NCBI RefSeq assembly: GCF_037042905.1
Contig: NC_087251.1
Coordinates: 17,548,001-17,612,000 of the forward strand
Reading direction: 5' to 3'
DNA: 64,000 nucleotides
DNA from: Lytechinus pictus
Lineage: Eukaryota
Position numbers and translations under genes: made by a program. Under the pieces are notes generated by a model. That model saw only the letters and a list, made by a program, of their open reading frames with translations. It was not told the origin of the DNA and ran no database searches. Shown one piece after another: positions 25,802 through 39,106 of this stretch. How positions within the stretch are numbered: position 1 is the stretch's first letter; each line of letters starts with the position of its first letter.

Positions 25802-26445
25802 TTAAAAGGGCTTTAATCCAGATACAATGTGATGGCCTTGGACAGCAGAAAAGTAGAGGCAATGAGGAATCTCATGGGGCAACTTGACCCACCTGTCACA
25901 TGCATAATAGCGACAAGGTATAGTTACTTCAGTCATCAGGTTAATGAGGAATTTTCAATTATTTATTTCATTTATAGTGTAGATGACAGGAAAACTTGCC
26001 TGAAACCTATAGCTGATTAATAATCTGCTCATTCATTGTGATCTCAGTGCTCAAACTAAAATATGCGCAGATAATGTTGCGAACAAACACTACTGTGGAC
26101 CAGATTTAACAAAATTAATCAGATCATCTGCACAATATGCACAAGGTTCTCATGAGGACAAAAACGTGATGGACAGATGTGACATTGGACAGACACGTAA
26201 AAATAAAGCTCCCTAATCCAAAGATGACTTACAAGATTTCTATATTCAAAAGTATTTTAAAGGACTTGAGAGCTGGAGTTTGATTTATATTGCACAGTAT
26301 GCACAGTTCACACTCGAGTAGCCCTAAACCTTCAAAGTTAATAATGGCAAAAATTAAATGAAGTCTTGATATATAGGCCTATCCATAAAAGTTATGATAC
26401 TTAAATCAAGTAAATAAGAAATAATGTTGCTGGTATTGTACTTAC

Positions 26446-26545
26446 CTAACATTTAAAATTTTGAGTTTTTGCATGCTGGCGGTAATTTTAGACAGCTCCT
26501 CCCAAGAAGGTAGAAGGTTTTTTGATACATCTAATTCTTTCATGT
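26446..26545 (-). CDS. TBCE: TBCE coding exon 5 (LRR)
   Basis: tttag| (N)MKELDVSKNLLPSWEELSKITASMQKLKILNV(S) |gtaagt; 100 nt. Confidence 0.95.
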
Positions 26546-27178
26546 CTAAATTGAATTAGGTCAAGAAAGTCTAAGATTGAAGAGAAAATATTACTGAAAG
26601 TAGCATCATACGATTCATCTATTTTTTCTTTGTAATATCGATATCAATTAGGAGAATAAGGATGAGCTATATTTTACTATTTAATTTTTCAATTTTATTC
26701 TTTTTTTTGGGGGGGTGGGTAATAACCCTAACCCTAAATAGACTGGGTGTGGCTTCCTGATTGACAGTTAGTTTTATATACATGCCACTTTATTCTACTT
26801 TTTATAAAAGAAAAACAGGAAAAGGAACTGTATTGTAAATGTAGAAATTAATAAAACAATGGGTGGAGTATTGTGGCCAAGTGGATTAGTCTTCAGACAG
26901 AGGGTCATGGGTTCAAATGCCAGCCATGGCGTAATTTCCTTTGGCAGGAAATTGATCCACATTGTGCTGCACTCAACCCAGGTGAAGTAAATGGATATCT
27001 AGCAAACATTTAATGCTTGAAACACTTGAGGGCGTAACAGTTGCTCGGCTTAAGCCAGGGTTATTATGCTGCATTTGTTTTAGAATGCTCGGAGACATTG
27101 GATATTATAAGCAAGTATAATTATCAATAATTATTCTGTTTGAGAGTCAAAAACTTTTGCAGTGACATAAAAGGATAC

Positions 27179-27264
27179 TTGGTAGTCTTTCAGCAACCTT
27201 CTCATCTCCAGCTCTGCTGATTCTCATCTCATGTAAGGCAACAGACTTCAGGTTTTCAAAGGAG
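27179..27264 (-). CDS. TBCE: TBCE coding exon 4
   Basis: ttatag| SFENLKSVALHEMRISRAGDEKVAERLP |GTATCCTTTT; 86 nt, frame consistent with both neighbours. Confidence 0.9.
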
Positions 27265-27857
27265 CTATAATAAATTATTTCACAAAAAACAAGAGAAATG
27301 TATTAAAAGTAAAGATGAATACAGACCTTAAAACTTGTACATAAATCAAAAGATCATGTGAAATTAATGTCTACGGAACAGGCAGAATAAAAATTTTGAA
27401 TTGCTAATCAGAAATAATGCTTTTAGTGAGTCCTGTATTTTAGATTAGAGGCACTTAAAACATGTTTATAATAACATCGGCATTTAAACATGTTTAGAAT
27501 TGAGGTTGTGGACATACATGTACTTCCCCAAAAGAAATGTATTTTCGGATAAATGTCATTTGTTTGCAAGCAACATTTTTTATCAGCATTTATTTGAAAA
27601 TAAGAAAGGATACAACTGTGCTTTGAACTTAACAGGAAACAAAAGCCTGATTTTGATTAAAAGATGGAATTAAAAAAAACCCTGATCAAATGCGTTCTAT
27701 GACCTATCACTCGCCTAAATACCCTCCTTTCTCCCTATATCCCCTTGTTTCTTCTTTTCTTTTCAATCACTTGAATGATAAAGTAGACAGAGGGACCATC
27801 ATTCCCGTCAATTACCCAGTCTCAGTCCCAACCTACACCCATTATAATGCAACTTGC

Positions 27858-28040
27858 CTCTGTCTTCTGGCTATCTTTTCAGCACCCACCATCTCCACAG
27901 CTTTACAGCTGACAGCCAAGGAGTCTTCAAAATCTGCTGTTTCGATGTTCTCTGGAATGTAACGGGAGGAAACGGCATCCAGGAATTGAATGCCAAAGTC
28001 GGCTTTCTTTGGGCGTAAGAACGAACCACTGGTTGGTGAG
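27858..28040 (-). CDS. TBCE: TBCE coding exon 3
   Basis: atccag| SPTSGSFLRPKKADFGIQFLDAVSSRY...VEMVGAEKIARRQ; ends at a GC donor AG|GCAAGT; 183 nt keeps phase 2. Confidence 0.93.
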
Positions 28041-28759
28041 CTGGATAGATATGGTATCAAAGATGAAAATGAAGATGTTAATTTGATAGTTACATTCAGA
28101 ACCCTCTGTATCCCAGGGGAGAATTTCATGAAAGGGCTTGTCAGACGTTTTATCTGACAGATCCCATTTTATACGACACTTACTATAGTAACACTGCTTA
28201 TCAGCCAATCAAAATCAAGGAAAGCGGTCATATCTGACAACATCTGACAACATGTTGGACAAAAACGTTGATTAAACACTCCCCTGATGAGAACAAAAGG
28301 GCCTGCCTTGGTTCATGATAAGTGACTCAATAGAATATGTCCAAACTCAGTGGTAAAGGAATTTTGAAAATGCCATGTTTTTGTTTACACCTCCCTGTGA
28401 AACAATATGTAACAATACAAAATTGTTAAAAAGGCTTCCGCAAAGCACTCTTGAGCTTGCTATTTGGGAATGAAATAAATGGCATTTGTCGTTGCTATCC
28501 CCAGAGAATTTTACACACACACTATTAAAGTCAGGACAAGATTTCAATAAGACTCTCTTTTAATACACCAGCAGACCAGCTTTAAAAATCACTATTTCCT
28601 CAGTGAATAAATATCTTCAACTTTTATGGTCTTATAGCTCCAATGTTATGGGGGAAAAATAACTAATACACTTCTCAGTCCTTCATTTCAACCTGTATAG
28701 CTTATGATATGACCTATTGTGCAAAATTATTATTTACATGTAAAAATTCTATACAGTAC

Positions 28760-28844
28760 CTGCACTGGAAATATCGAGTGCCCTTATGACTACCATCATG
28801 TTTTCCTCTCTCAGGGTTATCCCATTCAACACCTAGCCAAATAC
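28760..28844 (-). CDS. TBCE: TBCE coding exon 2 (CAP-Gly core)
   Basis: acacag|...AG|gtactg; encodes (G)[27 protein letters not shown], the GKHDG CAP-Gly motif; 85 nt. Confidence 0.97.
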
Positions 28845-29779
28845 CTGTGTATCAAAACAAAAGTAATATAGAATGAAACCAAAATTAAAGGGGTACTCCA
28901 GGTTGAATATAGTATGATTTGAACAGATAAAGAAAAATTAGACAAACACAAAATAAAATTTCATCACAATCGGACAAGGAATAACAAAGTTATAACATTT
29001 TAAAGATTTGCATTATTTTGGTAGAACAGTTCTATGCATGTCTTTATGACATTCAATGAGCAAACTGATGATGTCATATCCCCACTTGTTCTTTTGTATT
29101 TTATTATGCAAAATCAAATTTATTCAAATTTTGTTACCCAAAAACAAAAAAAATGGATTGAAAAATGATTTAAATCATTGCTGTAACTTGTTTGGCAGGC
29201 GGTATCTGAAATTTTCTTTAAAATCAACATTTTCAAAAATTTCATTTCCTGCTCTTTTAGTGACACCAAAACCAATAACAATGCTTCAGAAAAAAAGAAA
29301 GTGATGTTCATTTCATTCAACAATTTTGTTTGACTGTTGTCCTAGCATGAGACAAAGGCAGCAAAAGGATTATGCATGGATGATTACCAATAAGACACTG
29401 AAACAATATTTGAAAATCACCTACTGATTGTGATATTAAGTTGACCGCATTGAGCCGTGTAATTTACAAAGAACTAAATGATCTTATCGTCGTTATTATG
29501 ATTATCATTATCGAATAATCAATACTTTCTCTTGCCTTCAGCTCTAATTGTTTTTATTTCTGTCCATCTTTTTACCCTTTCCTTACCATATATAATAATT
29601 GTACACCAACTCAACTCACTCCTAGCCCATTTCTCCCTCTCTCTTCATCCCCACCCCTCCCCTTCTATGAATGTTTTCACAAACACATTCAGTAGGAAGG
29701 TCCCAAAAAAGTGGCTTCTTTCATCCAAGTGATATTCATGACGAGAGCTGCTAGTGTAATTGACAGCTAAAATCATACC

Positions 29780-30640
29780 TGTTATTGACCAGTAGGACAT
29801 TAACTTTTGAATTTGCCTACTATTGCTATTCCAAACCCAAAATAAGACAAATCCCCCAAAAAAAACAGAAATCTTGCTCGCTGCCTGGATTTGTTGCACA
29901 AATTTCTTTGAATTCATATTATGCCCATAGTAGGCCATTGTTCAAATCACTCCGAATTCTTGACATTTATCAATTGAATAGATATTGCATCTTGATTTTA
30001 TTGTTCAAATATAAAATTGGTCTTTTGCCTTTTTTACTCAATGGTATGCTTTCATTAAATACCTCAGTACATAACTATAATACAAGGAATAAAAATAAAT
30101 ATCATTTATGGGCAGTCAAAAAATCCTATTTGCTATTTTCATTCAGTCACAAAGCACCAACGGTTTGGAACGACCTGCCAAGTATTATAACATCTATCAG
30201 GAATTACAATGCATTTAAAATAAGTATCAAGAGGCATTTAATCAATCTTCAACTTGTGTAGATTTATTTTCCACCTTTTGCTTTTTTGTGTAGGGTTTGT
30301 TGGGTTCTGTTTTTGTTTGTTCCCCTTTATTGTTTGATCTTGATTTTCTTTGGTTTTTCTTTATGTTTAATTGTGGGCAAATAAGTTTCTTATATCTTAC
30401 TTTGTCAATTATATTTTGTCTAATTCCTTTAGGGGAGGTTATCTAGACAAACTCTATTTTGGGTTTTTTATAATTTCCCTATTTCCTCTGTTGTTTAAAA
30501 TGTTAGCTTATTGTATACTTATATATTTTATGTGGAAGATTTTAGTAATACATGAATATGGTTTACATTTGCTCGATTATGTATTTTTATGAATTTTTAT
30601 ATTGTAATTTTTAATTGGAAATAAATGACTTGAACTTGAA
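29780..30640 (+). mobile_element. CR1/L2-group LINE 3' end in TBCE intron 1
   Basis: AHSRPLFKSLRILDIYQL...HNYNTRN...WNDLP...FK; tail aataaatgacttgaacttgaa. Confidence 0.8.
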
Positions 30641-33600
30641 AATTTCTACACATGCAGCTAGCATGCATGCTAAAGTGTTGGAGCGCCATCTAATGCTTTT
30701 GCAGCAATGCAGAACTTCGTCAAGTCAAGGAAGCAATGATTTTAGGCAATACATGTATCTGCAATTGCAGTCAAATATTTACATTTTCTTCCATGAATTG
30801 AATGGTGCATTTGCAAAAATATAATTTTATTGAATTTGAGTGATTTTTAGATTTTTTAATTTGAAGTAAAATATTAATTTCATACATGTATGCATGAACA
30901 ACATCGACTACGTGTAAAGAACTCAATGTTGGCTCTAAATCACCAATTTTGAGGCTAACCGGAGGATGGATATGGAGTGAAATTAGGGTGTAAAGTAAGA
31001 AATTAAGCTTTTCTTCTTTTATGATGCCGTTTCGACGTATAATTTTTACAATAAATATGCATTTTTTCCAACCTTTGCCACTCGCAGTATCAGAGCGAGT
31101 TTCTTGAGGTTCGGGTAGGTGGAGCGTAGTGTAGCGGTAGTGAAGAGGAGTGGAGCCTGCACGAACATCGCTTGAAGTGAGTACATGTATGGATGCGCAC
31201 GCTAAGTGAGCAGAATTAGGGCAGTGGTGAGCAGCGAATTGGGCAGGTGCAAGGGAAGGGGTGCAAAAAAAGGCGAATTACGCAGCGGTGCTTAAAATAA
31301 TTATTATCTTATGAAACGATTTTCCAGTATCTTTTCTTCAGATGACATATGGAAGGATATCGTAGCTAATTGAATGAAACATAAAGGAAAATACCACTCA
31401 TTCAATGAACAAGGTTATGATAGTACCTTGTTCTCTGTTACTTCTCCCTATGTCATTGTGGTGAAATAAGGTTGGCAATGTTTGGCTTATTTTCTCTTTT
31501 TCATTGGGACAAATGCTTAATTTTTTGACACTGTCAGTTTCCATTAGGCATTACAGCTATTCATCGTATAACTTGGCTCTTAAGTAAATTTGATTCTTTA
31601 TATTATTATTTTCTTAATTAAAAATAGAGATTGAAAAATGACAATTGTCTTGCCATATTACTTTCCACTAATAGAGGGCGTACACAAAATATGCCAAAAA
31701 TTCAAGTTTTTGAGCCCTCTCTGGTCAGTCTGGTGAATACAAAAATTACTCCCAAGTTACTCATGAAAAATAAATTACAACTGTATGGAAACTAGTATTT
31801 TTTGTCACAAAAGTGATATTTTAATGATTTTTTAAAGTGTGTGCTGTGTACAGCATTGGCATACCATAGTCCTACCTGTAGATTCCCCACAGGCAGGATG
31901 GTAATTAGACCAAAAGCTTCGGTCTCTGTTATGTTGGTTGTTCCGCTGAACTACGTTGGCTCCACTCACCAAATACATAGACCAAAGTTAAACCGTCGTC
32001 TGTACAGGGGCTCAATGGCCACTGCTGATTTCTTGTTTTTCTCCTCGATACCGCAATATTTTCCACCAAAAGTTCATACATATGCACCTATAGCTGAAAA
32101 TGTATAAGTAACGACAGTTTCTTACCCTTAATTCCCGCTTTAAAACTGGCAATCAGGGGATTAACTCTGAAAGTTTACACTTGCGACTCGGACTAGTGGG
32201 CAGCCATCTTGGTAATGAATAATTCATGAAAGAGTGGCCGACGAAAGTCAGACTCCGCCCCATGACCTTTACGTCACACATTACAGATGGGGAAAAGAAA
32301 GGAGCAGTTAAAGAAACAAAAGAAAAAAGGGGAAATAAAAAAGAAAAAGAAAAGTAAAACAAAAAAGAGAGAAAAGGAAAGAGAAAGAGAAAAAGGAAAA
32401 TGAAAAAAAAACGTCTATAATTTTAGTATTCATAAACCCGACATAAAAGAGATGATCTGATTGGCCAATGGTTTTGATACGCAGTTGACCCGGAAGTTCT
32501 TCCAACGGCATATGTTTGTGTGTTATATCGACTTCGGATGAACGAGTGAACTAGGAGCTACACGACAGCCGAGGTAAGTCGCTGTTTTTTTTTCTTTTAA
32601 CTTTATTTTTTCCCTCGTTTTTGGCAATTAATGCCAAGACTCAAGAGGGAATATTAATTTGCATTTCTGTCCATTTATTTTCATATATATTTTATAGGGT
32701 GTCTGGAGAAAAAAAAATATTTTTCTTATTTCAAGAAAATATCACATTTTCTTTGTGAATTTGAAGAGAAATGAACTTCAAACTGACAGAAATGTAACAT
32801 TTTTGAAAAAAATCCAATTATTGGCTGCAAAAAAGAAGAATGAAATTAGGTCAATTTTCAGCATTTCTCTGCCATAGACTGTGTAGTTAAGAAATGGACA
32901 CACACAATTCCAAATTTTTTGCTTCCGAGAGCTGTTATAAATTTATTATTAATGCCAAAAACTTGTCCATAAAGTGTCTAATAGGAATTTTTATGCTCTT
33001 TCTGATGGTATGATTTTTATAAAGATTTGGAAACCAGATCACAAAGAAAAATTGCGACAAAGTGAAAAAATTTGTTCAAAACAGAAATTTCATTTTCCCA
33101 TAGAAAACGCATGGGGAAATGGCAATCTCAACACACACACAAATAAGGGTTTGCAAATTATCTCTAAATCCTAATTTCAAATAATCCTATAAACTTGTCC
33201 TTAGACCTTACTTTCAAAAGAAGCACCTGAATTTTCTCTTTCCATACATGCCAAACACAAATTAATAATTAATTCAGATCACATTTTTATAGCAGCCTGA
33301 ATTTCCAGAAAAAATGTGCCATATTTCCCCCTAAATCAGCCTGTTTTATGCTGACACTTTTCAGTGTGGCTTCAGACACCTATTTAATAATTTATGATAT
33401 GAAATAAAGACAAAAATCGTTGAGCCCCGTCGGGGGGAATTTGCATTGTATTTGTACCTCCCCTAATGGCCGCGACACGCTAGCGAGCCGTCTGTGTACG
33501 AGGAGAAATTAAAAAATAAAAAAATGTTGAAAAACTCCTCGAAACACACGGCTGCCAGCTGTCTAGATGGTAATGAACCCTTGGCTTGCCTTGAGTGGGA

Positions 33601-33762
33601 AAATACGTAAACTGAGCGACGATTGGGCAGTGTACAACTTACAAATAAGTACACGAGTGGGACTAACATTACTTAAAGAGTCTACGCTTAAAATTCAATA
33701 CTTTAAAGAATCGCAGACGATTCTCTGGACTAAAGAAAAGACAGAAATTAAAGCATATTCAC

Positions 33763-33904
33763 CTTCTGTTGATGGAACGAGGCCAACAAATTTAACTGTT
33801 CCATATTGTCCTTCACTCAAAATTCGATCTCCCTCCTCGACTTTCATATCGGAAAGAACCTTATCGTCAAATTCCTTCGACATATTAATGCGATATAGAC
33901 TCAT
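33763..33904 (-). CDS. TBCE: TBCE coding exon 1 (start of CAP-Gly domain); ATG at 33904 or 33883
   Basis: Translates MSLYRINMSKEFDDKVLSDMKVEEGDRILSEGQYGTVKFVGLVPSTE(G), resembling the TBCE N-terminus (G.R....G...TV.F.G.VP). Donor G|GTGAAT, phase 1. Confidence 0.9.
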
Positions 33905-34329
33905 TTGCCTGGCGTCGATCGTCGGGGGGGGGGGGGGGGGCGGCGATACGACATATATCGCCCAAACTAGATTTATATCGCCCGAGTCGTAGACGAGGGT
34001 GATATCAACTTAGTTAGGGCGATACTGTTATATGTCCGTTCGACCCAGGCCAGTCAATATTGCTATTAACCAAATCAGACATCTCGAGCAAAATTAAAAT
34101 TTAGATATTTTAGATTTTAAGAATGGGAATCTATTTAGACTGCATGGGCTGAAATTTACCGTTGTGACGTAATTGAAATGACGATCGTCCCTGCCCTGCA
34201 TGGGGACGCAGTATCCAACGTTGTTAACTTGATTAACATTGTGACCTATTATTGCAGTAATGCTAGTAATTAATGACAGAAATATTTATTCTCAGATCAC
34301 CCCAACGGGTATTTGAGAACACAACAACA

Positions 34330-37300
34330 TTTGAAACATATTTTCATTTGAATTTTAAACATATTTACAAAAAATATATATGAACAAAAAATACAAACAA
34401 GAAACCCACATATTTCACTGAAATATTATAATAACATATTATGATAAGATACAAATACATTATTTCTTGAATTGCTAAATTTTAGAATTAACAGAAAAAA
34501 AGTAAAACATGATGCGTACAAAGGCACCAGCAGCAAACTAAATACAAAAATTAAACAGTTTATCAAATAATACATATGTGATATCTATATCTATATATAG
34601 TAATCAAGATAAATTATTAAAAGACAAATAAAACGAAATAAATGAATTACTCTATCAGAAGCGAAGCATAATTATTTACAAAATTTAGCCAGATTTAGCA
34701 GTGTGTTTAATTTAGCTGTGTTGAATAATTTTTCAATTTTGTAAGTGTTAGGCCTCTTTGTGAAGTAATTGTCTAAATATAATTTTCTCTCTGCTGAAAA
34801 AGCCGGACAAACGAACAAATAATGGTATCCATCGCCTATAAGTTGTGATTGACACAGATTGCCAATTCTATTATTTCTTTCAACGTTTTCATACCTCCCT
34901 GTAACTATTGGTAGACGATGCTTTTCACAGCGGAATTTTGAAAAGCCTATACGATTTTTTTAGGAAATACAATCATGTATTTTTATAATTCAAGAGACTT
35001 TTTATAGATCCGATAATTAATACATTGAGGATTATCATACATTTCCGAGTACCAATTTTGAAAGAGGCAATCTTTTAAACGTTGATCAATTTGTACGTTT
35101 GATCCAAGCAGTGGCGTAGCTAGGATTTTTTTCCTGGGGGGGGGGGGGCACTGGGGGGTCCTTGCTTTTTCAGGGGGGGGGCACCATTTTTTCCGTTGTG
35201 TGTGTATGTGTCACAAGGGCGGATTCGACTTTCGCCAATAGGGGACGGGGCCCGAAATTAGTCTTCACCTATATTTCCCCCGATCAGTCAATTCTTAGTT
35301 TTATTCTTATAAAACAACATAAACATGAAATAATCTCATTAGCCTTATAAAAAGTGCGAGCGCGAAGCGCGAGCAATTTTTTTTTTTACTTTCATGTATT
35401 TTGTCCTGAAAATTTAATATTCTGGGCAATGTGTGATCCTGAACAACGTTCGTATGTAACTAGATCATTACTGCGAACGCCAAGCGCGAGCAGAAATTTT
35501 TATTTACTGTTCTAGCATTATCGAAAAGGGACCTGTTAAGGACTGCTTGCAGTTACCCACGAAGACGGTATATATTTCAATAATGCGAGCGCGAAACGCG
35601 AGCAAATTTTTTTGACATTCCGACCTTAAAAAATGGTCATTCTAAGCACTTTTTGTATTAATAAATGGGATAGGTATGTAACTAAACAATTGATGTGAGC
35701 GCGAAGCACGAGAGGAAGACACTTGAGATTTTAGACCTAAAAGCGGGACACTCTATTCATATTTTGTAAATCATAAATAGGATATAGTTAATTGGGTATC
35801 ATTGATAATGCGATCGTGAAGCGTGAGCAGACATTGATATTCTGATGTGAAACTGGATAATTTAAGTACATTTAATATAAAGAACATGCAGGCTATCGCG
35901 CATGTTTTAGATTTAGACCTAGAATCTGGGCAGTCTGAATACATTTGGAATACACGTAGACAATAGGAACTTGGCAAATCAAACAATTTGACCACGCAGC
36001 GTGAGCTTAAAAATCCTGATATGTAGAATATAGGCCTAAGGGACATTTTACAGCTAGAGCACTTAAATTTGTTAATGAAAAAAAATTGATGAAAGCTCGA
36101 TGTCCGAGCTAAAATATATTTTGTATATTGACTTCAAAACTTGCTCCATATCAGCCTATTGAGCAAGATATGAATCTCATCGAACAGGCAATTCTGGTGC
36201 GAAGCGCAAGCAGAAGTTTTATATAGTAACATGAAATATTTTTTTTTTTTGCAAGTCTTCCCTTCACATTATTTCATTCACTCGTCTTCCTCTTCTTATT
36301 TTCCTCTTCTTTTTTTTCTTCTGTCTTTCTTCTTCTTTTCCTTTTTTCTTTCCTTCTTTCTCCCTTTTTTTTTGCTCTGCCAATTTTTTTCAGGGGGGCA
36401 CCTGGGGGGCACCTGGGGGGGCACACCAAATCTCAGGGGGGGGGGGGCACGTGCCCCCCCCGTAGCTACGCCACTGGATCCAAGTACTGTTTGTGGTTTC
36501 AAATGTATACCATAAATCAGACATTCCTAGCATATCGATAGTAGTTTTAATTTTTTTAAGCCATGAAGATTTATATACGTTCTCATTATACAAAACCTTC
36601 AAAATTCTATATATCATTCGTTTTCCCCAGCATGTTCTAAACTACACCAGAAATTAATCATTCTATTAGAGATATATTTTTCAAGACCATATCTACCTAG
36701 TTCGCCTAACACCATACAATTAGCTGTTGATTTTTTCAAAAAGTTCTTTAAAATTTGCTTACAAAACTTCATGTGAAATATATTAAGATCTCGTATAACT
36801 TCGAATCCCCAGATTTCACTGTCATACAGAAGAACTGGAATAACAAGTTGGTCAAATAATTCTAACATTATATCAATAGGCAAGTCCAATGAATATGACT
36901 TTGTTAACAAACTATACATAGCTCTTCTGGCTTGGTTCAATTGTTTCGTCTGCGCTTTTTTTTTTTTTGGCCTCCTACGAAGATTCTGCTAGGATCGAAA
37001 GCTTAGGCCCCTTTTGACTTTCTAATTTACTCCATTGGCTCTCTTTTATTAGATAAGCAGTTTTCAGCAGCTTCTTTTTGCCACTTTTTTAAATCTGTTA
37101 TTATAATTGAAGGTTATTCCTAAATATACATACTCATCAACTACTGATAGTTTACGATTGTTGAAATGAAAGGACGGTAATTTCCGCACTTTACTCCTAG
37201 AGAAAACAACAACCTTTGTCTTATCTGAATTGACATGTAAAGACCAAATATTACAATATTCATATAACGCATTTAAGGCAGTTTGTAAATCATCAGGAGA

Positions 37301-37545
37301 TTCAGCTAAAATCAAAGTATCATCGGCATAAAGCAATGCGAACAACTTAATGTACACTTGTATCTCATTTTGTCGAGCATGTGTATTAAATTTTTGGGGT
37401 AAAATATTCAAGCCATGGCATTTATCCTGGAGAAAACAACTGAAGTCATTTAGAAAGAGAGCAAAGAGCATAGGTGATAGGTTTTCTCCTTGTCTAACTC
37501 CAATACTAGTATTACATTCAAATAGGGAAGATATTTCGTTATCAA
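34330..37545 (-). mobile_element. 5'-truncated RTEX-like LINE fragment interrupted by a hAT-like MITE
   Basis: GVRQGENLSP, LYADDT, YLGI, LFDQLVIPVLLY.SEIWG; C-terminal HRLPIVTGRY...C...GD..H...VCP near 34800-34930. Confidence 0.8.
35109..36476. mobile_element. hAT-like non-autonomous element
   Basis: TIR CAGTGGCGTAGCTA / TAGCTACGCCACTG; 8-bp TSD GATCCAAG; internal GCGAGCGCGAAGCGCGAGC repeats shared with 57279-59290. Confidence 0.88.
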
Positions 37546-39106
37546 GGATCATTGCGTACAAAAGCGCGTAGAATACCCAAATGTTAGCTTTGCCTTATTC
37601 CGTGGAGTGGATCAGTGGCCCTATTGCCCGCTACACAAAGACCTTATAAAGTTGCCCTGCTCAGATGTCTGATACGGTTAATAATAATTATTATCATGCT
37701 GTATAATTATCTAGATCTACACCGGTACGGTGTCTCCAATAGGCCAAGTATTGAAATAAGCAGCAGCAAAAACAACAACAGCGACAAATTTACTCTTTTT
37801 GTTTCTATTTTCCCCCAATTATGCCAAACCAACATACTAATGTAGTCTGTTCCAACAACTGGCCAACCATAGAGTTCCCAACCATCAAGTTGTTTTGAAT
37901 TTTAAGAAAAAACTTAAAAGAAAAATCAAACAAAATAAAAAAATGAAAGTTTTAAATCGTTGCTTTTGTGGCCTATAACCCTATAGCTGACCGCCGATTG
38001 CGTTTCATGCAGGGGTGGATCCAGGATTTTCCAAAAGGGGGCACAGCATTTTCCCGAGCAACAAAAAAGTCTTCACTTTTAAAAGGGAGGGGGGCACACT
38101 TCTGTTTTAACGGCATTTTTACATTACAAAATTTAATTGTGCCTCTTAAAGGGGGGGGGGGACGACTACCATGCGCGACCAAAAAACAAAAGACGAAAAA
38201 AGGATGTCTTTTTCAAGATAGGGCACGTTACGTACGTAACGTAATAAGGGTGTCAAAAACACTGACAAGCAAAAAAAAAAAAAAGGTCTTCAGGTTCAAA
38301 AGAGGGGACACACGACTGTTGTTATTGCATGTTTACATTACAAATTATTAATTTAGCTTCTCAAAGGGGGGGGGCACGTCCCCTATATCTGTTGTGACTC
38401 GTCAGGGGGGCAGGGATACGTCCCCTGCATGAGTTGTGACTCGTCAGGGGGGGGGGCATACTGCCCCCCTCCCCTTAGGTACGCTAGTGAGGGTATCTAT
38501 TTTGCTAGGAAAACTACGTGTTTAGGGTCAAATTTGCGAGGGTATAAAAATTAAGACAAAAATGTTTTATAAAGCATGTACTTTTTGCCCCAACTGTCAA
38601 CACTACGATCTGCGCGAGACGTGGCCGTACTAAACCCAACAGGTAAAGGTAAAACCGACGACCGACGTCCGTGACATACATGTAGCAAGTAAAATATCCC
38701 TGTACTTGTTTAGGGGTTCAATTCAGGGAATACTTGCCAAGAGAATCTTTGTTTCCGATACTTGCATGTTAAGGGTAGGGTTTTCACACGCCAATACTTG
38801 TTAAGGGGTGCATTTTCAGAATATGGAAAATACTTAAATTCAGTGTTTAGGGTGCTTTTCGAGACCCCATGGTCGTGCAGGGTATCCACTCGTCAATGGA
38901 AGTGCCTCCCCCCCCCCCACCCGGTCCGCCAGTGGTTTCATGAGTGTCGGACGTTTTATCCGACAAGTCTTGTTTTTATCAGACAGTTCCCATAGCAACG
39001 GTGCCTCTCAGCAAATCAGAATCAAGGAAAGTTGTCTGATCTGACAACTTGTCGTCAGACAAAAATGAAGTTGATGAAACGCTCCCCAGAAAATGAGGGC
39101 TATATT

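Larger units (their letters stand above)
33885..37682. mobile_element. Hairpin-plus-inverted-repeat element C (Crypton-like, tentative) with nested RTEX LINE and MITE
   Basis: Hairpin 33885-34069 with loop CGAGTCGTAGACGAG; IR TATTAACCAAATCAGACAT (34064) / ATGTCTGATACGGTTAATA (37664). Confidence 0.6.

Noticed and set aside
26232..26300. Candidate TBCE exon ending in a minus-strand GTAAGT
   Set aside because: No TBCE similarity; exon 23187-23289 supplies the expected sequence and phase.
33567..33992. 141-aa plus-strand ORF
   Set aside because: Antisense to TBCE exon 1 and runs through a poly-G repeat; no recognisable domain.
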